The notes below the pieces were generated by a model. That model saw only the letters and a program-made list of their open reading frames with translations, was not told the DNA's origin and did not search any database. Shown in pieces: positions 56,913 through 64,000 of a stretch of DNA of 64,000 bases. The stretch comes from a virus (Duplodnaviria; Caudoviricetes). The translations under genes and the position numbers were made by a program. Within the stretch, counting starts at the first letter, position 1. Every line of letters starts with the position of its first letter. The stretch lies in the IMG/VR virus record IMGVR_UViG_3300029913_000001; one strand, written 5' to 3'.

Positions 56913-59174
56913 TTATTTCTCCTGTACCGGTTTCTTAATGGAAATAGGAAAAGTATTAATTGCTGTTCCAATTACAAGATTATTACCCACCCAATCTAAA
57001 TTAACAGTCGCTCCGTTTGGAATGATTCCGTTTAATAGTTTAACGCTAAGTGGATATCTAATTAAAGAATCAATAATACCAGAAATCTTTCTTGCCCCAT
57101 ATTCATTACTCTTATTTAGCTCGAGCACATGGCTGATAAGATTTTCAGTCGCAATAATAGTTAAATTTTTATCGGTAAGCGCAGCGATTTCTGCAATTTT
57201 TGTTTGTGCGATTTTACGATAACTAAGATCGTCCAAACTATTATATTCAATCATAGCTGTAATGCGTCCTCGGATTTCAGTGAGGAAAACATTATTAATA
57301 GCCTTTGTAACTGCACTCATGCCATTTGAGTCCGGAATAAAACCTAAATTAATCTTACTCTTTTCTCGACTGCCTACATTACTACTCATAATAATAATTG
57401 TATTTTTGCAATCGGCTGTTTTTCCACTGGCACTTGAAATAGTACCTTCATCCATCATCTGAAGAAGCAAGGTGTATAAATTTGGATTTGCTTTTTCGAT
57501 TTCGTCGAAAAGAATAACCGAATTTGGATGCTTCATTAAATCGTTGATAAGTTTGCCTTCTCCTGCATCCCCATCCCCATATCCTTTATATCCAGGGGGC
57601 GCACCGATTAATGTCGCCATTGCGTGATCTGCCTGATATTCACTCATATCGTAACGAAGTAAATGCATATTCATATACGATGCAAGTTGCTTTGCGGTGT
57701 AAGATTTACCTACGCCGCTAGGGCCGGTTAGTAAAAAACTACCAATGGGTTTAGATGGATCTCGCAACCCGGCTTGTGAAATAATTAGGGACTCGGCAAT
57801 TTTATCAATTGCATGTGTCTGATGGAAAATTTTTGAATTTAGGGTCTCTCGAATATTAAGAATATCGGCCGCGTTATTCTGATCAGTCGTCTTAACCAAA
57901 ATGCCGGTACTAGTTTCGATCTCTCGAATAATATCCAATTTTGTAATACGCTTATTCTTATCTTTAGCAACCGTTTTACGGGCGCAAGCAGAATCGATCA
58001 GATCAATTGCTTTATCTGGAAGCTGCCGATCTGGCTGATAACGAACGGATAATTCGACTGCGGCTTCGATTGCATCGTCCTGAATACGGCATTTATGGAA
58101 TTTATTAAAACTGTTCTTAACTCCTTGAAGAATTAAAATAGTTTCTGCTTTACTCGGTTCCTTTAGAGCAAGCAATCGAAACCTACGCATAAGAGCGGTA
58201 TCTTTCTTAAATGTCTGGGTATATCCATCCCATGTAGTTGCTGCAATAACTTTAATATTACCGCGACTAAGTTCAGGTTTCAACATTGCTGAAAAGGCAA
58301 CACCGGAATCATTTGAGCCGCCTCCGGAATTAATCTGTTGAGCCTCATCTATAAAAAGAATGGCATTTTTTTCATTAACTAATGCGGCTAAGACATTCTT
58401 AATCTTTTCCTCAAAATCTCCTCGGAAATGGCAACCGGCTAAAACCGATCCAACATCTAGACTATAAATAATCTTATCTTTTAAAGTACTGGGTACAATA
58501 CCCGCATTAATATTACGAGCTAATCCTTCAATTAATTCCGATTTACCTACTCCAGGTTCCCCAACCACAAGTACATTATTCTTTTTCTTCTTCGACAGTG
58601 CATGTGCAATGTCAAACAATTCAATTTCCCGGCCAATTAGCACATCGGTAGTACCTTTAACTTTTTCATTTAAATTCACACAAAATTCAGCTAATGCGGT
58701 AGTTGACTGTGTATCAGACGTTGTTAATTGATCTAGTCCGTCAATAATTTTGGAAGTAATGCCGTATTTCTCTAGAAAATAACTAGCATACGACTCCTTT
58801 TCGTTATATAACTTACGAAAAATATCACCAAAAGTTACTTCTCTGCCATATTTTGTGGCTTCGGAGTAAGCCGAAACTAAAACTTTTTGCACCGAGGCTG
58901 TAATTTGCCCAGTCATAATATTCGGCTCGTTACTGGCAATTTTATTTTGAAGTCTAGGAGTTTGTGCTTCGATAAACTTTTTGATGGCCTCAGCCATCAA
59001 ACTAACCGAAACTCCCTGATTTTCGAGATACTTCCGGACAGATGAATACGACAAACTTGCATAAAGAATATGTTCGAGAGTAATAGTTGTTTGATCTAAA
59101 TTAATAGCAAGCTGAAAACTAATATCAATAAGATTCTTAATTAACGGCGATCCGTTCGAAGTAGCAGTTGGCAT
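56913..59174 (-). CDS. clpA: ClpA/ClpB-type AAA+ chaperone
   Basis: Clp N domain (LEHILYA), GEPGVGKS, FIDE, LPDKAIDLID, GPSGVGKS, GAPPGY and LFDEIEKA motifs. Confidence 0.92.
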   Translation of the reverse strand: MPTATSNGSPLIKNLIDISFQLAINLDQTTITLEHILYASLSYSSVRKYLENQGVSVSLMAEAIKKFIEAQTPRLQNKIASNEPNIMTGQITASVQKVLVSAYSEATKYGREVTFGDIFRKLYNEKESYASYFLEKYGITSKIIDGLDQLTTSDTQSTTALAEFCVNLNEKVKGTTDVLIGREIELFDIAHALSKKKKNNVLVVGEPGVGKSELIEGLARNINAGIVPSTLKDKIIYSLDVGSVLAGCHFRGDFEEKIKNVLAALVNEKNAILFIDEAQQINSGGGSNDSGVAFSAMLKPELSRGNIKVIAATTWDGYTQTFKKDTALMRRFRLLALKEPSKAETILILQGVKNSFNKFHKCRIQDDAIEAAVELSVRYQPDRQLPDKAIDLIDSACARKTVAKDKNKRITKLDIIREIETSTGILVKTTDQNNAADILNIRETLNSKIFHQTHAIDKIAESLIISQAGLRDPSKPIGSFLLTGPSGVGKSYTAKQLASYMNMHLLRYDMSEYQADHAMATLIGAPPGYKGYGDGDAGEGKLINDLMKHPNSVILFDEIEKANPNLYTLLLQMMDEGTISSASGKTADCKNTIIIMSSNVGSREKSKINLGFIPDSNGMSAVTKAINNVFLTEIRGRITAMIEYNSLDDLSYRKIAQTKIAEIAALTDKNLTIIATENLISHVLELNKSNEYGARKISGIIDSLIRYPLSVKLLNGIIPNGATVNLDWVGNNLVIGTAINTFPISIKKPVQEK

Positions 59175-59219
59175 AATGTCCCTTTCATTTATAAGTATAA
59201 AACATTATTCATACGTAAG

Positions 59220-59810
59220 TCAAGAGAAAAACGAAACTAACTGAATAAAAAGATCTCCTCGCAGTTTTGTTTTTCGATTGAATAAACCAGCATCGGGTAT
59301 TCGATAAATTGTTTTTGATTTACATCTTTTCGGTATCGAAATTCGGAATCGTACGCCATCGGGTCCAATTATTGTTATTTCCCCGCCTACTATACTCTTC
59401 CAAAAAGATACTCGAATTTTTTGAATTAATTTATCGGCTATTACAATAAAATCATTGGGCATTTCTACCTTAATTTTTGCTTGCAAAATAGAAAATCGAT
59501 CTTCCTCTAGCTGAATATTTCGAAAACATAACGATTCTCCAGTTTTAATACCGGCAGGTATTGATAATCGAAAGGTTCGATTACCATCATTGGACATAAA
59601 ATATCGTTCACATCCTAATATAGAATCTTGTAAAGATATCGCAATTTTAATCTGAAAAATTGTATTAAGACATTTGTTATATTCAAGATTCAGCAAATTA
59701 AATTTTTCTGCGGCTAGCGGATCAGTTGGATGTAAATCTGGATGGCATTCTTTTGCCAATTTTCGATAATTAGAGTGAATTTGATTGAAAAAGATAGAAG
59801 AGTTAGGCAT
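59220..59810 (-). CDS. DnaJ/CbpA-like co-chaperone
   Basis: YRKLAKECHPD J-domain; C-terminal IPAGI...GDLFI. Confidence 0.85.
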   Translation of the reverse strand: MPNSSIFFNQIHSNYRKLAKECHPDLHPTDPLAAEKFNLLNLEYNKCLNTIFQIKIAISLQDSILGCERYFMSNDGNRTFRLSIPAGIKTGESLCFRNIQLEEDRFSILQAKIKVEMPNDFIVIADKLIQKIRVSFWKSIVGGEITIIGPDGVRFRISIPKRCKSKTIYRIPDAGLFNRKTKLRGDLFIQLVSFFS

Positions 59811-59833
59811 TATTCACCCCGTGCTAATTAGAT

Positions 59834-60286
59834 TTAAATTCGATATTGTAATTCCTTCTCAGTTTCTTGCTTAACTATAAATTTAATAGGTGGGCATAAT
59901 CCATTCCAAAATTCTGGTGTGCCATCTGGCATTTTTTTTCTTAGTGCATCATTTGTTACAATTAATTCTACTTCTCTCCAAGCCAAGCTCGATCTCGATT
60001 CATGCAGGGATAAAATTTCAAATCGAAATTTGTCTTTTCCTCTTAAGGTAATTTCTTCATTTAATGTCTTACAACTACCGGTATATTTTTTCCAATTCGA
60101 TTCATTTATTACTTTTTTTCTATTTGTTCTGTTTTTAATTTTTTTTCGGGTTGTCATAAAAAAGAATTTCTTGCCGATATATTTGCGATTGGTATCTATA
60201 CATGTAATTTTATACACAAAGCCAATCCATTCAGTTGGATCAAAATTAAATGGAAATTCCCAATGTCCTATGTCTATTTTTTCCAT
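59834..60286 (-). CDS. Stand-alone GIY-YIG nuclease-domain protein
   Basis: GFVYKIT...RKYIGKK...WKKYTGS...EVEL. Confidence 0.8.
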   Translation of the reverse strand: MEKIDIGHWEFPFNFDPTEWIGFVYKITCIDTNRKYIGKKFFFMTTRKKIKNRTNRKKVINESNWKKYTGSCKTLNEEITLRGKDKFRFEILSLHESRSSLAWREVELIVTNDALRKKMPDGTPEFWNGLCPPIKFIVKQETEKELQYRI

Positions 60287-60341
60287 ATCAATATTTAGCT
60301 GAACATACCGAAATAAGAAAATAGTTAACTATTTTATCGAA

Positions 60342-60857
60342 TTATTTACCGATTATTAAATTTTTCGCAGCTAATTTTTTATTGGAAAATATTTTCTTTT
60401 GTCTATTACGTGATTTGTAATAAGCGGCGTCTTTTAAAATTCGTTGTCGAAAAATCCATTCGTTGTCTTTTAAAAGAATAGCAATTGAAATCGTATTTGG
60501 ATTTAACTGAAATAATAGATCAGTGTCATTAAAAAAATCAATTATGTCATCTCGTAAAATTCCTATACGAAAATTTTCGGTTTTGCTATAAGAAATTATT
60601 CCCTTTTCTTTTAAACTATAATATTGTTCTATAATTGACATAAAAATATAATTGGGAATATCTTGCCAATCGCAATACAGTTTAATTTCATTAATTGTAT
60701 CAATCCAAAAATTTTTATCTATTTCATTAATTGAATTGTCGAAGTCAATTATCATATTCCAAAAATTCATTGATATATCAAAAAATATTAAAAATAATTG
60801 TTTTTGCAATTCATTTAATTTAATAATTTCATCTTGATAATATGATACATATTTCAT
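60342..60857 (-). CDS. Hypothetical protein
   Basis: ATG at 60857 after AAGGA; the upstream extension in the track runs through the cruciform. Confidence 0.5.
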   Translation of the reverse strand: MKYVSYYQDEIIKLNELQKQLFLIFFDISMNFWNMIIDFDNSINEIDKNFWIDTINEIKLYCDWQDIPNYIFMSIIEQYYSLKEKGIISYSKTENFRIGILRDDIIDFFNDTDLLFQLNPNTISIAILLKDNEWIFRQRILKDAAYYKSRNRQKKIFSNKKLAAKNLIIGK

Positions 60858-60906
60858 AAATATATTTCCTTGTTTTGCTTTTCCGAGTGGTGGATGACAA
60901 CACCAA

Positions 60907-61010
60907 GCGAAAGCGATATGCGAAGCCAGTGAACGACAGTGAAACATCTCATCAAATATTATTAAAATTTTTCACTGTCGTTCACTGGCTTCGCTTACTG
61001 GCGCTTTCGC
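60907..61010. repeat. Large GC-rich inverted repeat with AT-rich loop (origin candidate)
   Basis: Perfect 25-bp arms at 60920-60944 and 60970-60994, outer 9-bp arms GCGAAAGCG/CGCTTTCGC, 25-nt AT-rich loop. Confidence 0.9.
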
Positions 61011-61087
61011 TATGTGCTCTCCACAAGTCCGAAAAGCGAAAATTTTAAATATTTTTGATGAATTAAAAATAAAATTATGGTTATTTT

Positions 61088-61536
61088 AAAGACAAAGACG
61101 CTTGGGGCGCCTCCCGTCTCTTTGGAACAACTTCCAAACTAAACTCCAATCCTTCCTATCCCGCTATATCATTAAGATCCGGCTCTTCATTTTGGGCTTC
61201 CGGGGCTTCATAGGAATTTCAGCGGTTATGCTGTACTGAAATAAGACCGTGCGGTCTATGATTGATCTGAAAAACACAACGCAATTATTTCAAATGAGTT
61301 TAGCAATTTGAAATAACTATATCAGGATTAGGAGCATTACGCTCTCGCCTTTACCTGTCTGTCTTTGTCACTTTTCTCAAGCCATGATAGCTATATTGAT
61401 GGGGGGACCCTCCAGGTAGTACTCTACCAACGACATTGGACACTAGGAGTTGCTGGGTGTTTAAGGCCAATAACCTTTGATCTAAATTGTAGGTATTGCT
61501 CCATATTTGCTACTCCATAAGTATTTTCCATGATTA
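61088..61536 (-). ncRNA. Candidate large structured non-coding RNA (about 450 nt)
   Basis: Own sigma70 promoter; no long ORF; several hairpins plus a long-range helix (61361-61369 with 61091-61099). Confidence 0.5.
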
Positions 61537-61542
61537 ATATAC

Positions 61543-61571
61543 AATATAACATTGATACGTTAACTTGTCAA
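61543..61571 (-). promoter_or_regulatory. sigma70-type promoter pointing into the non-coding region
   Basis: TTGACA-17 nt-TATATT. Confidence 0.8.
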
Positions 61572-61584
61572 GACATTTTTTATT

Positions 61585-62886
61585 TTATTTGAAAAAATAA
61601 TTTGCTTCTTCTATCTGTTCAACTGTAGCATTGGGAAAAAATAAATTTCTCATATTTTGAGCCATAGCCTTAGTTGGTAGATATACAATATTGTTATTAT
61701 ATGCTCCGGTTCTTAAGGAACTACGTAAAAGACCTTGATATGAGTGAGATAGCGTATGATGCATTAAAATTTCGTCAGCATCGAATCCGAGATCTACCAT
61801 TTTTTTCTGGTACGCGGGTGGCCACCTATAAGCACCAGATTCTCCGTAATTATGTGTACCAACATAGGTGTTTAATCCCTTAACTTCAAACGGCATAAAA
61901 ATAGGATTTTTAATATGGGTAAATTTATTACCTTTATTATTCTGTAACAAAATTTCGTTATCACCAATTGAATTTCCAACTAATAGATCGAATAATTCGA
62001 AATTGGTAAGAGTTGGTTCTATAAGATTTTTTGAGTTGTAGTAATTTTTACTCCATAGACTAATTTTTTCGGTCATCCATTTGATAGTAATAGGTTGATC
62101 GTGCTTATCAAATCTTTTAGGAATTACAAACTCTTCAATTGCAATGCCTTTTAACTTAAAATAGGCTATGATTTTACTACGTTGAATTTCTGCGCCCATT
62201 AAATAAATGTTTTCAAAACCTTCAAATATGTTGGTATTTAATTCAGCCCACATTTCGGCTTCGTAATTACCAAATTTAAAAGCTGTCAATGATGCAGTAT
62301 CCGCATATATTTTCATATTGGGATTCAATATCAATTGAATAAATTTTTGGAATGGCGGGTAAATAAAATCGTCGCGAAAGCAAAGAGTTTTTAAAAATCG
62401 CTGATCTTCTTTTGAGAGACGTTTTCGCTTAATAGACGTGTACCCACCGGCATTTATTTTGCAGGTACTAATTTTTTCAATATCTGCCATTAGGTCATTA
62501 CCGAATTCATAACTTGATGCATCGTCCGAATCAAAAGTAATGAAGTCAGTTGGTTCTATTTCTTCATCAACAAAAACAGTCCAATTTTTTTTATTCGGAA
62601 AATTCAAAATATTCTTAAATGCCGCATGTGTAATAATAAGGACTTCGCATCGTAATGGTATTGTTAGATATGCATTGATTGCCTTAGTAACACCCATACT
62701 GTCATTTTCCATATAATTGATAATTTTATATGGGGTATTTCCCAATCGTTTAGCAATTTCGTATTGCAAATCGGTTGAGGGGGTTACGAAAAGCACTCGT
62801 TTTTTGTTATTAACGAGTTCTTTAGATAAGTTAACAGCAAAATATGTTTTGCCGGCCCCGCACAACGAATTAATATATCTTATCAT
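61585..62886 (-). CDS. SF2 helicase-like, origin-binding-type protein
   Basis: SLCGAGKT Walker A, VTPS, IITH, VFVDE and YQGLLRSSLR motifs. Confidence 0.7.
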   Translation of the reverse strand: MIRYINSLCGAGKTYFAVNLSKELVNNKKRVLFVTPSTDLQYEIAKRLGNTPYKIINYMENDSMGVTKAINAYLTIPLRCEVLIITHAAFKNILNFPNKKNWTVFVDEEIEPTDFITFDSDDASSYEFGNDLMADIEKISTCKINAGGYTSIKRKRLSKEDQRFLKTLCFRDDFIYPPFQKFIQLILNPNMKIYADTASLTAFKFGNYEAEMWAELNTNIFEGFENIYLMGAEIQRSKIIAYFKLKGIAIEEFVIPKRFDKHDQPITIKWMTEKISLWSKNYYNSKNLIEPTLTNFELFDLLVGNSIGDNEILLQNNKGNKFTHIKNPIFMPFEVKGLNTYVGTHNYGESGAYRWPPAYQKKMVDLGFDADEILMHHTLSHSYQGLLRSSLRTGAYNNNIVYLPTKAMAQNMRNLFFPNATVEQIEEANYFFK

Positions 62887-62892
62887 CGTTTG

Positions 62893-62921
62893 ATTATAAT
62901 TGATTTTATGCCGAATGTCAA
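62893..62921 (-). promoter_or_regulatory. sigma70 consensus promoter for the helicase gene
   Basis: TTGACA-17 nt-TATAAT. Confidence 0.9.
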
Positions 62922-63481
62922 GCTATTAATTCCTTGATAAGTGCATTGAATTTTTCTTCCGCCAAGAACATACATTTTCCAGTAATTAGTATTTCATTAC
63001 CTGATGTAGTTGCCTTTAACAAATTATCCTGCCTAAATGAATATAACGAAGTAAACTCGTTGGGATCCATGTCTATAATTTTAGGTGCGTATTTTGAATA
63101 TTTGCCCTGATCATAATTCGTATATAAATCTTGCATCGTTTCTGACCATGTGAACTCGAAGTTATTGAATGGGAAGGTTATGAAAATTTTTCCATATCTA
63201 TTTGCCACAGATCTTTTATTTGTGCAGAAAATACTATTCGATCGTAGAGCCTTAAATCCTGCTGCTGATAATTTTTCATCAAATATTTTTTGTTGTTTAA
63301 TAGAAAATGACATTGGGTGCCTATCGGCAACCTTAGAAATAATAAACATATTTTCTAATCGGTGTGATCCGTGATAAAGAAATTCACCCGAAGATTTGTA
63401 GAAATCAACAATTTGAGAGCAAGATTTGCTGATAAATTTTTTAATATTATTGAGGTCTGGAGTAATTTCAAATTCTCTCAT
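62918..63481 (-). CDS. ALRSNSIFC-family ART-like protein, copy 7
   Basis: LYHGS, ALRSNSIFCT, YGKIFITFP and NEILITG motifs; TAATG coupling to the tail fibre gene. Confidence 0.72.
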   Translation of the reverse strand: MREFEITPDLNNIKKFISKSCSQIVDFYKSSGEFLYHGSHRLENMFIISKVADRHPMSFSIKQQKIFDEKLSAAGFKALRSNSIFCTNKRSVANRYGKIFITFPFNNFEFTWSETMQDLYTNYDQGKYSKYAPKIIDMDPNEFTSLYSFRQDNLLKATTSGNEILITGKCMFLAEEKFNALIKELIA

Positions 63482-64000
63482 TAATATCCTATTGCTATCC
63501 AGAACGCAGTTTCCCCACTACCACCGCAAATTATATTAAAATGATCGGAATCTGTTGGCGCTGCCGCCATTGGTTGGGGTACTCCTAGTGTTACACGCGG
63601 CCCGTTATCGGTAGCAACCATTCCAAAACAAGCATGGGTAAATGGGGTAGTAAAGGGAAAATTTTGTGTAGTATTATCCACAAGTGACGGAGTCGTACCC
63701 CATTGCAAGATTAGGCCACCCGGAAAATATTGATATCCATTGCCGCTAAGAGCATGAGTTAAAAATGAATTAAGATTGTAGTTACCCCATGCTGCTAATG
63801 CCGAGCCTGCATTTATAAGCGGAGATCCTACAGAAGGTGGCGCTGCCGTAGGTAATGATATTTGGCCCGCACCTCCTTGATTAATTACCGTAGTTCCTTG
63901 AATGTGTAAATCACTTTGCGCAGTAACTAGTGCGTCTAGAGTTGAAACACCATCTACTGAAAGTTGATTTTGTACCGTAAGAGTGCCATTAACAGTGGTG
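63481..64000 (-). CDS. Tail fibre protein, C-terminal part (gp53-like tip domain), runs off the window
   Basis: Frame open to the window end; NGYQYFPGGLILQWG...FPFTTPFTHAC motif. Confidence 0.8.
   Translation of the reverse strand, partial: TTVNGTLTVQNQLSVDGVSTLDALVTAQSDLHIQGTTVINQGGAGQISLPTAAPPSVGSPLINAGSALAAWGNYNLNSFLTHALSGNGYQYFPGGLILQWGTTPSLVDNTTQNFPFTTPFTHACFGMVATDNGPRVTLGVPQPMAAAPTDSDHFNIICGGSGETAFWIAIGY

Noticed and set aside
61426-61531. Short ORF (MENTYGVANM...) at the start of the non-coding transcript
   Set aside because: About 35 codons with ATG only a few nt from the predicted start site and no RBS; leaderless translation cannot be excluded.
63481-64000. Diversity-generating retroelement target in the tail fibre tip
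   Set aside because: No reverse transcriptase and no template-repeat copy seen in the window.
1-64000. tRNA, rRNA, IS elements or integrase
   Set aside because: No cloverleaf with T-loop consensus, rRNA-like tract, transposase or recombinase motif was seen by eye; tRNAscan-SE would be decisive.

Overview
The window is a 64-kb, AT-rich segment of a T4-like jumbo myophage genome (Caudoviricetes), standard genetic code, mostly minus-strand genes. It holds: (1) the head module (portal gp20, acidic core protein, protease gp21, scaffold gp22, major capsid gp23), interrupted by two glycan-modifying genes and six small ORFs with a shared leader, and flanked by two free-standing endonucleases; (2) tape measure and two gp26-like baseplate genes; (3) a GC-richer early island (MoxR AAA ATPase, vWA protein, small ORFs) under consensus sigma70 promoters; (4) a replication and nucleotide-modification block: Acb1-like 2H phosphoesterase, a PurZ/PurZ0-like synthetase, 5'-3' exonuclease, QueE, a nonsense-interrupted dCMP deaminase, a GT-B glycosyltransferase, DpdL-like QueD paralogue, two NAD-dependent oxidoreductases, FolE, DpdA-like transglycosylase, sliding clamp, and a family-B polymerase split around an HNH endonuclease; (5) about 10 kb of late genes sharing an M-R/K-hydrophobic-x-E leader, including most of a seven-member paralogous family with ADP-ribosyltransferase-like motifs; (6) ClpA, DnaJ, a GIY-YIG protein, a 727-bp structured non-coding region, an origin-binding-type helicase and the end of a tail fibre gene. 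The best candidates for new biology are the combined deazaguanine/glycosylation/PurZ-like DNA-modification locus, the putative virion-packaged ART and polyprotein arsenal, and a promoter-driven structured RNA of about 450 nt beside a large cruciform. All family assignments come from motif recognition by eye and from memory; no database searches were run.
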